From NCBI GenBank assembly GCA_003344405.1, contig NOWV01000001.1, forward strand, positions 620,001-684,000: a stretch of DNA of 64,000 nt. The letters are read 5' to 3'. Position 1 is the stretch's first letter. Every line of letters starts with the position of its first letter. The translations under genes and the position numbers were made by a program. The notes beneath the pieces were generated by a model that saw only the letters and a program-made list of their open reading frames with translations, made no database searches and had not been told where the DNA came from. This DNA comes from Trichoplax sp. H2. Lineage: Eukaryota. Shown one piece after another: positions 47,812-62,600 of the stretch.

Positions 47812-49524
47812 TGTTTTGAGAGATGGCATCGAATAGATTGACAAATTCTTCTATAATAATGTATTAAGTCAACTGATTTTTTACTGGACGTTAGTATTAA
47901 CGAAGCTATTAAGGATTTTATATCTCATAATGTAAGTATACGCGTACAGCGATAAAACGTTTATAAAACAAGTAACATGACTAAAAGAGGCATACAAGTG
48001 CAGCTAATAACGCAATAAATTCTCAAAATTACCCAAGGCCTATGGATAATACTCTTATATCCTGATTCTCCTATTCATCTCATAAACTATTATATGTATA
48101 TGCAAATCGGTATTACATACCATTTGCATAATGTGATATTTAAAGCTATAGTAGTATGATTTGCTTCTTTAGACGAAATTATCATCTTAATAGAAATTTA
48201 CTGTTGATGATGATTGCAATAATTATCTTAATGACGGTAATGTTATATTTAAATCAACAACTGCTGATAAACTAGATGACGTACTGCATAAGTTTTACCT
48301 TTCCTGCTGATGACTGGAAAATAAATTAAAAGTTAAACTATAATAATATGATTGTTTCAATCAAGTTACTTGGAGATTGAAAAATTTATAGGAAGAAATG
48401 CGGAAGTATGAGTCTACATGAATAGTAAATAACACTAGGTCTTGCTAGGACTGAGTCAAGTAATATTATTTTTTTTAGATTTTTATTTCCAGCTCTAGCT
48501 CTACTTCATCAAGTAAGACAGCCCAAGCTGCTATAGAATATGAGTTCTGAGACTGTACTCGAAGTAAAATCACGAGTAACTTGCAATTCCGCAAATAGAG
48601 TCGTGACGATATTTCTATTCATCCTGTCGATAAGGGTTCATTCTTTCATCAATGAAATCTGTATTTCGTATCAACAGTTTAATACCGTACCACAGTAAAG
48701 AGATTATATTATTCACATTACGGGACTGCTATAAAAATCACTTATACGAGTATGTACCATACCTGTAGATGATATATAAACATTAAATCCGATAAGACGT
48801 ATTATAGAACTTCCTGAAGTTAACACCTTTATTACTTAATTAGACAAGTACGCATATAAACTGTACTTAATGATCTTATCGAGAATAAATTCTGAAATTG
48901 TGCTTAAATATTTAAATGAAGCATTCGCAAATTATAACAAATAATAGAAATTTGCTTTCATTAGTATGATGTCTAAATTCATAATTTATCGATATTAACT
49001 GATACTTCGCTCTTCATTACAATTATCATAATTTACCCAAATTAGGAGGCCTAGTTTAATCTAAACGAGTAGTCGTTATTTCGGTATAGGTTGACTTTAG
49101 AAAAAATAAATATGAATCATGTACGAGTATATTGTCTATCTGTATCATAGGTCATGAGAGAATAGATTAATAACATTGTGCCACATTTACTTTAATTAAA
49201 AATTAGACTTCGGCTCTTAAATTTAAGCTATAGAACTATACAATTTATAGTATAAATAAATATTGTTACGAATGTAAATTCAATAAATATGTAGTGGCCT
49301 TAGCTGCAAGAACGACAATAATAGTTCCACTGCAAGAAAATATAAGTGAGGATTTGTCGAATAACGGTAAATTAGTATAATATTTACAACGAATAAATTC
49401 AGTACAATGCAGATAACACCGTACTGTGAGATCGTAAATAAAATTTTCGAATTGTAAGATACCGATAAGTTTTACCGTGCCCATAAATTGCCTGCCAATA
49501 ATGTAATAAGACAAGCAGATAACC

Positions 49525-52500
49525 CTAGTCATCTATCGCAAGTGACGACTCGGTTACAGTGTCGTGGTCTTTTTGATGAGAATAAAACAGTAACGGAGAT
49601 AATCCAAGTAAACATCCAATTAGAACTCCGACAGTTCTTCCCTACACGAATTTATGTTTGCAGTAGTATTATTATTTTTTAATTTATCAGAAGCGAATTT
49701 GCTAGTTACAGAATGCGTATAATAAGGCTATAGTAAATCAATTTTAATGAAGTCGAGCAAATCTCAGTATTATGATAATTATTATTTGATTTTATTGCTA
49801 ACATTTCTATATCTAGAATATTTTACACTGTAAACTATATCTACGGCGATCTTTTCTACAATTATTTCACCCTGATTTAAGTTCAATGCCATCAATACTT
49901 ACTAAGTTAGTAAATAATACAGTCTGCCATAATTTTTTCTCTTCAGCAGACAGCTGAGCCATGGTTAATTGCATTTTCGATGTTAAACCTTCTATATATC
50001 CTACAAAACTAATATCATATAGTGTTTGTGTTAATTTGTTTGAAAATTAGTATTTAAGGATAATTTCATTCCTTTTCTATAAAATTCAATAGTATCACTA
50101 TGGCTAATTAAATTAGCCTTATTATTATATGCACAACGAAATCTAGTTCCTGCTAGTTGATAACAGTGATCTATTGGGCTGAAACATTCTAATGACAGAT
50201 CTACAACTGCATTGGGTTTGATCCAGGATATGTGTCTAGTATGGTAATGAAAAATAAGCTGTGATATCAATTGAAATAGCCTACTGTGAGCACTACTCAC
50301 CAAAGTCCTGCAACGTCTGATACCATATTGCCTAGACCAGCAGCTGTGTATTAAAATAAGAATTAATCAGTACTAAAGATTGCATGCCAATGAGAAATCT
50401 TAAATTTAACGGTAAAATAATAAGAAAATGATAAATACCTGCCATAGTCGATATCGTTAAAACAGCACCTACTTTAAATTCAATGTATTCTCCCTAATGC
50501 CAAAATGAGGATTGGGAATAAAAATATAATGAACGACGATAACGAAATATTTGAAATAGTTACAGAATATCCTTGCAATTGTGATGATATTTTAAATTAA
50601 TAGTAGTCTAATGCAGAATGAAAAGTTTAACTTACAGCAGTGATCATAATTACGTTGTCAAGAAAACCGAAGGCTATAAAGGGTATCCCACTATTGGCGG
50701 CAACTTGTTATTAGTAGAAAGGTATCAATCAGTCAATATCAATCTTGAACAAGCAAAATATTATATACAAGCACACACACTCTAATTGGATAATCCAAGT
50801 TGTAGAGTACTGCATTATTTCATAGACAAGAAACGCAAATCTATTCTTGTAACTAAAATTTTATTTAAACTGAAGAACTGGAAACTATTTTGAAGTAGAT
50901 AATTGTTTTCAGGGGCGGTTCTCTATATATTTCAGTATTGTCTAAGTGTGTAGATTCTTCTATTTTATGTCAGTTTTTATGTCAGTTACGAAATTTAGTA
51001 GATCACGGTATTGAATATATATAGGATAACTAAAATTAGATACATTCTAGAAAAGGTTCATCAAATCATTTGATCCCTTCTTGACGAAAAGAAAATTTAA
51101 TTATTCTATGTAATCATGGATTACTTTATACATAATTCTTCATGAAACAACGTAGTCTGAATTTTTCATACTAATCTATCAATAGCTTACATATAGTGTT
51201 ATACCATTAGCAAGTTTACATGTTTGAAAATAGAGAATTCTAATCGACGTCATGAAGAGTTTACTTCCAAGCTCAATGTAAATTATTGTAGAAGGAGAGG
51301 CTCATTCATATGCTATCATTTTAACGATTACTAGCAAAAATGCGAGTAAATCATGACAAAAAATTATTATTTACACCTAATTGTATCGTATCGCCAGATG
51401 CCTATCTGTTCAAAATTCTACCGTTAAAAACCTTCTTATTTAAATGGGTTGAATGCAATATTATTCAGTTGTAGAATTTTATATTTTTAATCATTAATAT
51501 TAGGATGACTAAAAAGTCGATATCCATAAATTAGGCATATTAAAACGTTGTTAAAAGATTATTATTTACTCCTAATTGTATCCTGTCACCATATGCGTAT
51601 CTGTTTAAAGTTCTATTATTAAAAACCTTCTTGTTTAAATGAGTTGAATTCAATATTAGTTAGTTTGTAGAATTTTATGCTTTCGTTCATTAATATTACG
51701 ATGACTAAAACGTAGATGTCCATTAATTAGACATATAAAAATGTTGTTAAAGGGAAGTCACTAATTATATTTTCGTATTGTATACTATATTGCGTACTTT
51801 ATTATTGCAGGGTCAATTAGAATGGAAGGCCTTAACAGCTATAAATTGGAAAAAAATCACAATACTAATGATAGGATATTTTATAATACACATACAGTGT
51901 CTAGGAAAGACCTTGTGACGTTTTTTAAATTATATTGGTCTATTTCGAATGCGGATCTTACTTCTACATCATTAATAAGCATAGTCTGACCTTAGTAACT
52001 CCGATTGAAAAAGTAACAGAAAGAATTTTAGCATAATAATTTTTAATGATATTGTTATTATTTCAATCAATAAATTATAATTAAGGGATCTATTACCCTG
52101 GCAGTTTTCAATGCTCTGAATAGCGAAGTAATGGAAAGGAAATTATGAAATGACGAAGCTTTTAATTACCGTGTTAGGATTTGAATCAATAAATTACATT
52201 AATGGGCCAATTAGTATAGCAGACTTTAAATAACTTTGATTGTAGAGGTAATAATAGATTACATATGAAACAATACTCTAGTTTCCTCTCACGATCTGTC
52301 CTGTATAGATTAATTTATAATTACACTGTGGCGTATTGATGATAATTTTTTGAATTGTTGCTAAAAGGTCAACTAAATTTGCTGATAACTCCAATTAGGC
52401 AAAGTAATGGCAGATGCAATATGAAGCGAAATTTTAGCTAAGTATTGTATACTTCCGCAATCTCTATAGAAGTTATTCCGCAAGCTTCAACTGAAATAGC

Positions 52501-54883
52501 AAATATTATTACGTTAATGACTCTGATTAGTCAAAGTGATGTCATATGGAATGTCTATTAGACCGGTGTAGTCCTTCTAACGTTGATTTCTTGTGATTAG
52601 AGCATGAAATTTTGAATGCCTTATAAAAATTACTGCTCAAGAATCAACTGAAATAGGAGATATTAACTTAATGACTTTGATTAGTCGACGAAATGACAGA
52701 CTACCGGTAGGTATTAGATATTACTACTAGAACAATGAGTGGGATGGCTAATTTAAAAAATAGTAGATTAGGTACGAAAGTAGACTATTATGATTTCTAC
52801 CATTCCTAGAGAGAAGATCTTGTAATAATAATTTCGAATGGCCATATTATCAAATTAAAACAATCACGTTATGAAACATCGTTAATTATAGAATAATACA
52901 ACGCTAGTGAATTATATATACAATATGCGTAACATATATTATCACAGTGTAATTTTATTAATCTAATAAGAAAGCTTTTTATGACAAGATTAATTTTAAA
53001 TAAATAAAACTAACCTAGTAGCAACTTTCTCAGGCTTGGCACCGTAGGTTTGATATAATGTTGTCGAGCAATAGCTCTTTCCTCTATAAACAAGTAATCA
53101 TGACGTAAAATCGTTCATTATCGATCAATAGCGGAAAAATAGACGTAGAAGTATATTTAAATTTGAATAATTATTATTCAAATAGAAAATACTTTTTTTC
53201 TATACTAAGCAATGGTAACAAAGGATTAGCCTAGTCCGCTTTAATGAATGAAAAAGCATCATGTCGTCAAGAAAATTATTATTCATTTATACTCACGTTG
53301 AGTTAGTTGAATGGCTAAATCTTTTAAGCTTCCTATAATTAATCAGCGTATCCAAATTAATTTATAGTTAGTATGAGATAGATGGATAGAGGTTTAGAAT
53401 TGACATTTAGATTATAACATGTATGATAGAACCTAGTCAACTAAAACGAACTGGCGTTTTCCTATTACAGTAAAGATAAAACTTGATTTTGCAAATGCCA
53501 CTATTGGCAACTATAGAACAATCCATTTTGATACATACTGTAGTAATATAACAAGAAATGGTTACAATATGAAAGAAAAGGGTCATTAAAGAAAATTGAT
53601 CCATGTATCATAGGAAATGATTGGATCGATTGATTGATTGATGCCTCTATTTAATAATGACACTACCTATGTATTAGGATTAAGATTATAGTTTTTCTCT
53701 TCTTGATCAAAATGGAGACAGCTTGAAAGTATTACGGCAGTAAACTCATTCCGTAAACGATCGTATGAGCAAGTTTCTGGCATTGCAAGCAATCTTGGCA
53801 TGACAATATCCTACTACCACTACTCGTTTATATTAAAGATAGTCATGCGAAGGGCTATGCGAATAAAAATAGACAATTCGTTCAAAGGATGTTTTAAAGT
53901 ACTGACATCAATAAAACAAACGACAACATCGGAAATCTTCAAATGTGGAAACGATGTTGTAATCATTCATATACAGTCATTCATTTTAATGTTACCAATA
54001 CATGCAACGAACACTCGAGTAGTCTGCTTAGAGTTTCTTCATCGATTGAATCTATGAGTAGGGTGCTATTGTACAGTACTTTATCAATGTGGCCATTAGG
54101 ATCGTACTATGTTTTCGGCAAGAAAGTAAAGTAAAGTAAAGTAGAACATAGGAAATAGTGACCATGCAGATCATCACCGTAAATCACAACACTAATAAGA
54201 TTGTACATTGTCTTTAAAAAGTAAACGATAGCATAGGAAGCATAGGATATCCACTTGATGTTACTGCAACAAAAGAATTTTTTCATTCAGAATGAATCAA
54301 TGAATTGTTAGCCATAATAGACGTAGACGATTATCGTAAGAAAATATCAACGATAAAGTAAGAAATAACATGGGGATAATTGATCATCCATGATAGCTAT
54401 GTTAACGATCATCGTACAATTATGGATGAATTTATATCCTACTTGACATGGTACAATCAGTAGATTATCATACACAGTCCAAGTACGTGTACTAAATACT
54501 TTATTACGGCAAGAAAAAAATGAAAAATGAAAAATTGAAACGCCTATTTCATCATTATCAATCAGACCTGGCTTCCTACCCACAACCGGCAAAAGTGATC
54601 GCAGTAGAATTTCCCTTTCTCTACTATGTAATTGCATGATAAAAGCTGTCGCTTCATTTTCTGTCAGAAAATTATCATCACCACGAAATTGACGATAACG
54701 ATTAACCACAAATCCAGATGAATATGGACGATGAAATGGCTGATTCTGATCTACTTTAACTTTAGAATCACGATGATGATAATAAATACGTCGCAATGGA
54801 TCCTTCTGTAATGATTGACATGGAAGTAGAGCCGTCTTCCATATTGGATTGAGTATTCGATGCTTGCCAAAAACTTTATTCAT
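49525..54883 (-). CDS. TMEM65: Transmembrane protein 65 (mitochondrial inner membrane), ~8 exons
   Basis: Exon 1 54883 to ~54580 (presequence-like, then EATAFIMQLHSREREILLRSL; cf. TMEM65 ARDFIYSLHSTERSCLL). Further exons ~53297-53332; ~53015-53082 (IKPTVPSLRKLLL); ~50636-50703 GIPFIAFGFLDNVIMITA; ~50439-50493 GEYIEFKVGAVLTISTMA; ~50301-50343 AAGLGNMVSDVAGL; 49903-50008 FVGYIEGL..LWQTVLFTNL; 49525-49641 GRTVGVLIGCLLGLSPLLF..DD*. The exon-1 donor choice is uncertain. Confidence 0.88.
51361..51751. repeat. Direct tandem duplication, 195-bp unit x2, inside a TMEM65 intron
   Basis: attattatttac(a/t)cctaattgtatc...aaaaaccttct...gttgtagaatttta...gatgactaaaa...gttgttaaa starts at 51363 and again at 51558. 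Confidence 0.85.
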
Positions 54884-54939
54884 CGTTGTCCAACTATTGA
54901 TTGATTCTTTCCGGATAGGGCAGACACCTACCACTCGGC

Positions 54940-55575
54940 GATTCTGAATTGCAATCGATGATGATGCAGCAGTGATTAATTAATTCAGAACGAGGGTGAT
55001 GGCAATATTCTACGCTATAGTTTCTGAATTGTAATTGATGATGATACAGCGGTGATTAACTAATTAAGAGCGAGAGTGATGCAATATTCTACGCTATAGC
55101 TTCTGAATTGTAATCGATGATGATACAGCAGTGATTAACAAATTCAGAACTCGATGATGATACAGCAGTGATTAACTAATTAAGAGCGAGAGTGATGGCA
55201 ATATTCTACGCTATAGTTTCTGAATGGTAATCGATGATGATGCATGATAACTAATTAAAAGCGAGAGTGATGGCTATATTCTACGCTATAGTTTCTGAAT
55301 TGCAATCGATGATGATGAACTAATTAAAAGCGAGAGTGATGGCTATATTCTACGCTATAGTTTCTGAATTGCAATCGATGATGATGAGCTAATTAAAAGC
55401 GACAGTAATGGCTATATTCTACGCTATAGTTTCTGAATTGCAATCGATGATGATGAGCTAATTAAAAGCGAGAGTGATGGCTATATTCTACGCTATAGTT
55501 TCTGAATTGCAATCGATGATGATGAACTAATTAAAAGCGAGAGTGATGGCAATATTCTACGCTATAGTTTCTGAG
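54940..55575. repeat. Minisatellite: about 5 near-perfect 69-bp units plus several longer, diverged ~78-80-bp units
   Basis: Unit attaaaagcgagagtgatggctatattctacgctatagtttctgaattgcaatcgatgatgatga(a/g)cta, with registers at 55261, 55330, 55399, 55468 and 55537. Units toward 54940 contain an extra cagcagtgattaac segment. Confidence 0.95.
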
Positions 55576-55759
55576 CGTAGTAGTTGCCGGTTGCGTTGCC
55601 TCGATGCAATGTTTACTTAAGCGAAGGGAGTGTGATGTGTGCAAACAAGGTCTAGGCTAGTCGAGAGACCTACTGGAAACTGGATGCTATAACTAGGCTA
55701 CAGTATCAAAGAGTTGGGCAGTAGGATGATTTCTATTAAAAACATTGAGACGGTAGTTT

Positions 55760-56060
55760 ATCGCACGTCCGCACCTCGGTATGTGTGCACTGTAGACAAG
55801 ATACTGTAGACTTTTTACTACCAACGATCGCAATTTTACTCTATGTATACTACTATACTGCACTCTACCATGATACAGTGAACTACCAAACTTGAACAAT
55901 CACTGTAACGGCCATGCCTAAAAATAAACATCCAATGATTGGCTGTTAAAAATAACTTCGAAGCAACACCAATCAAACTCCGTTGCTATGATACCAGTGC
56001 AAAACCTTCTGCATTGATAGAGGTTGCATAGTAGCCCGTTAACTTGCTCTCTAGCATCGA
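55760..56060. promoter_or_regulatory. Putative bidirectional promoter (TMEM65 / uncharacterised gene)
   Basis: TACTG/CAGTG-type pentamers at 55788-55910; inverted double CCAAT box CCAATGATTGG 55932-55942; another CCAATCA at ~55969; RFX X-box-like GTTGCTATGATAC 55982-55994. Confidence 0.45.
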
Positions 56061-56694
56061 TAAAAAGAACAAATATTACTAAATCGAATAGACAACAACA
56101 ACCAATCTATTCTAATATAAATCAACATTGGAAAACGCAATGTTGATTTGTAATGATTCAATCATTCGATGATACATTGAGCAAAGAATAAATTAAGGCT
56201 AAAAAATAGATGACTTAAATGGCCGACTGTTCCAACTACGAACGCGATTCATTTCAATGTGATATCGCATAGAATTTTATAATGAAGCATTTAATAAACC
56301 ATAACAATTTTTTATTCTAATAAAGGACATCCTGCAATGAAAATTCGATCATACATAGTATAGGGTCCTTGAAAGGAAATAATCCAATAGTCATCCTAAC
56401 AAAGAAATTATTCAAAGCAGTATTGTAGGCAACCAATTACAGGCGTTAAAAAAATGACACAACAATCAGCAAGTAATCTTATACACAATCATTTGCTTAT
56501 TACTTGCGTCAAACTGCACGTACAAATTGATATAATGTCATACATGAAGGTTATTTTTATACGTACTTTACCATCGCTAAATTAGCGCATAGATATTATA
56601 CTCAAGTAATAGCAAATAGCAACAGTTGGAAGTTCAGTCCATGGCTATGATACCTTAATTTTTGTACAATTTCTCTTATTATTACTTAAAATCC

Positions 56695-59600
56695 ATGAAT
56701 TACATACGACGGCCTGATTTTTTTACATGGCTGGAATTAAGGTAGGCAACAGTGAAGTTAATTAAATTAGATCTATTAGGCAAGAATAAAATCAGTTTAT
56801 GTATGCTTTTATACCACTTCAGAACTGGACGAAAAATACTGCTACAGACACATAATCAAACTAAGCTATTATTCATAATTTTCTTCATATTCTTGATTTT
56901 AGCTTCTTAGCCAAAGCATTAGGAGTAAGTATGCCAATCACGTAAGATACTATTGATGATAACAATATTATACTGTATTAAGGCAGATCTCAATATAGAT
57001 TTCTAATACTGTATAAAGTAAAGAGAAATCCAAGTCGATAAATGATTTGCTATAGTAGAGGATATGGATAATGCTTTAAGCAAGCATTAAAAATACGTAA
57101 ATTCTGTAGTCTACGTACTACTTAGAACAACATTATCCTTTTTGCTCTATACAATGCATGAAATGAAAACTATGCCTAACCGGGTTTAACTAAATTAAAT
57201 TTAACTGTACAACATATTAGGCTTAAAATTTCTTACTATTATCATATATAAGATAGATAATAACTGTAATTCACGGAATTTAGCGAACTCAAATTTCTGT
57301 TGTGACAAGACGCATTTGTGAAACTTGAAACATTTTTAGTATAAAGATTTCATTTTATCTTGGCCGTTAGTTTCCCGAGAAAATATTTTGGAGAAATACA
57401 CCGTCAAATCGTCGCACCGATGCAGGCTTAGATTCTAAAGTTAGTCAAGTGCTACCATCACCACAAAGATAGATTAAATTAATATTAGCTAAAAAGGAGT
57501 AACATTCAAATTGCTCTAATAACTGTTCGGCCAGAAATGAAAAGTTGTTTCTCAAACTAATGCCCGCTATGGGTGATTAGATTATAAATAGTCCGATGAT
57601 TTTACTCAAATTTATATAATTTATGAGTACAAAATCTTCTCCTATAAGTGTACAACAAGTGACTAAATTTTCTTTTCGATAGTATTTCATGTGGTTGTTA
57701 AATAGCAATAAGGCGTGCGATGCAGATTTACACCGGACTGTCAACATGTATAGCGCTGAATATAATCGTAAAAATATTCTAAGAGCCATCGAAGCACTGC
57801 GAAATAGGCAGCTAAGGTTAACTTAGTCGATAGTATTTCATCATTTTAAAACAGTATTATATTTAATACATTATCGAGATAGATATCAGCCTGTAATAGT
57901 TTTCTTGATATTTTACTAAATCTGCAAGTGGTTATATTTTTCAATCTCTTTACTGAATTACCGGTACCATATTATTGGAAGTGTTAGATTTTAAAGCTTC
58001 TAGCACTAGGGACTGAAATATCCTTCTAAAATTTAATCTATTTCAATTTTATTATAGTTTCGATCAAATTTATATATCAAGGCTAGCATATCAATTATAC
58101 GAAGAAGATGATTTAACAGGACTAAAGTTAAATGAAGATATTATCATGAAAACTATTAAGGTATTACAACGCCGCCTCAACTTGATGGATTATTTTCCTT
58201 TGTATAAACGGTGTTACATTACATATTTTTATTATTCTATTTGATCATAGTCTCGAAGAAATTCATAGACATAAATCAATTAATTTTCTAAATATAATAT
58301 GTTCAAAATATTTGTTTAACTGATTACTAACCACTGACTGAATTAAACATTTTAAAGATTGAAATTGTGATCGTTTCTAAAACACAATTAACAGTTTTTT
58401 TTCTAACAATTTAGCATTAATTTATTATCAGATTAATTTTTAATCGTTATTTTAATGATCCTGTAATATCTTTGCAGTTGATTTTTTTTCTTTCTTAACC
58501 AAATTATAGTTATGTGGTAGGGTTATTGCACCATTAAGATTATATCATGAGGTAAGAGTTTAAGGCATTTTCTGATCTACAAGATAGTAACATATATCCT
58601 TTTCTTTTATATATCTGCACCTATAATTGTTAAGGCAACTAAATATTTTACGATCGATATTTAATCCTTCTATATTTTAGATAAGAAATTTAAAAAAGAA
58701 CAGACATCGAGAAGATAGGGCAGTTTATTACGAATTTATTGATATCTTACTAAGGTAAGGGTGCTTTCCGCAATTTTTTAAAAACTATGTCAGTTCTGAT
58801 GTCTTCGTTAATACCAGTTGGCCATGAGTATCGCATTTGATCTAGAATTGAACGCCAATTTGATAGCATAGAATTCGTAAAAGATTCATATTTAATCTCT
58901 AATCTTATCAGTGGGAGACTAAGCAAAAAGGATTATGTTAGTAAGATATTTACTAAAACGCATTCAGTAAGCCAAGTACCCGCTCTAAGAGCATAAAGTA
59001 CCATATGTCATAAGTAAGGCTAAAGTCCAATTTCTAAGCGTTAATCAAAATTTAGTCAAAAATATTTTCATAGTAAGATAGCTATTGCAAGGTATTTAGT
59101 AAATAATATCCAATATCCACTTTAATGCAGCATTGCATACTAGAGGAAAAGTTCAAATTGATTTCTAACTAAAGTCAATATCCTTACATTATTTTATGGA
59201 AATACTTGCAGTAAAGTCCAAAGTGCACCAAAAATTTATCTTGATTTCTAGCTATAGTCAGATACCAGTACTTGGTGAACCATTTTATTGAGACATTTAT
59301 AGTAAAGTATAGAGTAACCTTCTTAATTACTAATTGTAGTCGGATACCCGTAACTTGGTGAATTATTAAGATGCTTTTATAGTTGATTATTCAATAAGTA
59401 GAGATTAACGCATTTTTTCTTATTTTAATCGGTACTTGATGTACTGTGATTTTAGTAAGATATGTACTGGTAAAACATTTGTTTCGCCTCTTTTAAGTCT
59501 TTCTATCTATTTTTTTATAATCAAATTTAACTGTAATTACCACCTTAGGAAAATTTTGAATTTTACACCCCACATAACCATGTAACTGTATTAAATGTGC

Positions 59601-62600
59601 CGTAGCATGGCTTGTTTATCACAAAACTAAAATACAAATCAAGGGTTTTTACTGTAGAAGTTTTTTTTACTCCTATACAGTTCTAGTATGATGTTTCTGT
59701 TAAACCTATCGTTAATGCCTACCCAATTTCTATGGTACATCTACCTACTACCAGTATAATCGACATACTCATAACCTAATTGCTGAAAGAACATCGGTGC
59801 TAAAATAACGGGCCTTTTGTTTTCATTTGTATAATTTTTGATTTTAATTATTATATAGTTGAATAGAGAATTGATTTGAATTCATGATATTATAACAATG
59901 GGCTACATAGTAGTTGTGCTGCAGAATTGATTTACATTAATAGTTGATTTACTTTTATATATGAAACGATGATTTGTCTGCTTATGCATGGGCATACGCA
60001 CATAATATAGAATTGATTTACGTTAATAGTTAATTTACTTTTTAATTTGTAGCGACGATTTATCTGCTCATGCATGAGCATACGTACGTACATAGCCTGA
60101 CGATATTGAAGGCGTTATTTTAGTAAAAGAATGTTTTGTCTGTTATTACAGTTAATCATTTCTCCCTTAGAATGTATTTAAGCAATAATTAAAACTTTAT
60201 CGACACATTCTTAAGAGATTAATATCGCAATATTGACTCTATTGCCATACGTATCAATGGAAAAATAATTTTCTTATAGAAAGTAATAAAACTGTTATGA
60301 TTAAATAGTTGTAGTCAAATACTTAGAGAAGAATGCAGTCAATCTTCCTATAGTACGTCAATACACAATCTTGAAAAGTAAAACTATTTATTTATTTACG
60401 ACAGGTGCAATCTTAAAGAAGAAGTTCCACATCCGCGTTCAATTCCATTTGAAATAAAAAAGAAAGGGGAATTATACGATGTTAGTTTAAAATATGAATT
60501 GTTTATTCATTCAATCGTATCATCCCATTCTTCGACCACAAATAAATTACAATCATTATTCATGATATTTCCCCTCATTTTCTCTATTATCTATAATTAT
60601 TGCAAGAATAGCTGATTTCTTTTTTTGACGTAGTAGATTTTGGTATTGGAAAGAATTGTTCAAGTTGTTTTTTTTTATTTTAATCCGGTTATTATAGGTG
60701 TGTGACTTTGATGCATTGCTCCATACCCTAGACGAAAGATTATTAGAACAGTTACAGAAAAGATATTCTGTAAGGAATGGATTAACACTTCTTTATAAGT
60801 ATTCAGTTATCTTTTAAAAGCTATTGGGATTTATCATAGAGGAATGAAAATAAATTTAAAATACTTATTAATCGGATCTTTAGAAATAGACTGTGATGGA
60901 ATATTTTAATAGTAATCTTAGCCATAAATTTACTTTAATATCCTCATTTTTTACTTTGAAATTGTTGTATATCATTTAAGGTGTTATAAACAACATATTA
61001 TTGCTTTTATTTTGGCTAGCGTGCTCAAATGATGGCTCTCAAACGACAATTACAAAGCAAACTAATATTTCAAAAACAACAAACTCTATTAATCGGTAGT
61101 GACGAACGAGACGAAATGGTAAGATTTCAAGCTACCCTTTTTTAGACTATGCTTAAAAACAGCTTTCATCAAAACTTATTGGAATTTGATGGCATCGTTG
61201 GGTCTATAAACTGTTTTGTCACGCTTAAGTTTCACATTTTTAATTCTTTAATTCTTTCAACACAGATTCAAAGAGAAAATCGAGACTTCGATAGATTATC
61301 AGAATTTTTAATGAAATCTGAATCTCTGGTTAGTATGCTAATGAGTTAAAGCAATGAATAACATATAGTACAAAATTCGTCTTAAAATTAGAATAAAATT
61401 TTAAACTTACATCTGTCTTAAGAATATATGCTATTTAAGAGGACCGGTAGTAAACATCAATTATCGTTGTTTTACACGCAATCAGCTTCGCCAAGCAAAA
61501 TGTGGTGGAACTCAATATCGGAATTATTCTATAATGGGCGACCAGGAAAGCCGAAAAGTTGACAGCATTCAGGTATAATTTCATAATAAAGCATATAGAT
61601 TATCATTAGTCTTCTATTGCTTAAATTGTATATTATCATACAAATCAGAAATAACAGTACACACGCTATGAAAGTTTTCATTACAGTTAATAATCAACTG
61701 ATTTTATTAGCTCTTATAAGAAGACGATTATAAAAGAGGATTACCGTGTTTTCATATCAGGACGCTAATTTATTTACTGAACAGGAATTATGTGACGAGG
61801 AAAGCAAATCTCTCCTTGAATTTGATGATCATCTCATTTCCAGAAGTGCTACTGCTCAGCTGCAACTTGTTAAAGCCGCTAAAAGTCGCCAAGAAAGAAA
61901 TTCTAGGATAGACTTAGATTCCGATTTTATCGATAGAATTAGTACTGCTATGAATCCATTCCGAAATCATACGGCAAAAAAAACCAATCTGTCTACTAAC
62001 AATAATATCGAAACGAGTGCTAGTCATGATAAATCGTCAAATTCTGTACCAGATATAAAACAACGCGCAGCGACTTCACCCCCCAAAATACGCAGAATTC
62101 CTCAATATTTTGAGAAAGATGTGAGTATTCAATGATAGTGGTACAATGGATATTGTCGAATTTTAATCTGGTAGTAGTGTACTTTAATATATCTACAGGG
62201 CAACTCTGTTATTGCAATATACGGCTCAAATTTAATTTCAGTACGACTTAAGATCTTGTACGAAAGATCATTATTTAGTAGATTGTTATATTACTTGATC
62301 TGAAATTATTTTTGGTAGTTTCAAACTTATCTAAGGATGAAACTAAATCTTATGATATTGTTAAAAATAGGAAAAGAATCGATTGCAACTTTACAAAGAT
62401 TCTGTCGAGTGGGACATGGTTTCAATGGTAAGACTTTTTACGTAGGCACATGCATTCTATATCGCTAAACGATATGCAGAATATGATACACTAATTAATT
62501 GAAATGAACTAATAATAGCTACAAAGACTGATTGTAATGTAATTATTAATACCTAATATATATATACTATTTTAATTACTCTTCTAAATAGAATCAAAGA

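Noticed and set aside
49266..49532. 88-aa minus-strand ORF as the TMEM65 C-terminus
   Set aside because: The homologous last exon (GRTVGVLIGCLLG..) is in another frame and stops at 49525; this ORF lies in the 3' UTR.
50001..50300. Apparent phase mismatch in TMEM65 suggesting a microexon or AT-AC intron (ATATCCT and TCCTTAA-like words on the minus strand)
   Set aside because: Resolved by the upstream AG (exon starting at 50008), which gives DVAGL-CFV-GYIE, collinear with TMEM65, through an ordinary GT-AG intron.
54940..55575. Repeat array as a CRISPR array or a coding repeat extending TMEM65
   Set aside because: Units are contiguous with no unique spacers, there are no cas genes, the context is eukaryotic, and the unit has stops in all six frames.
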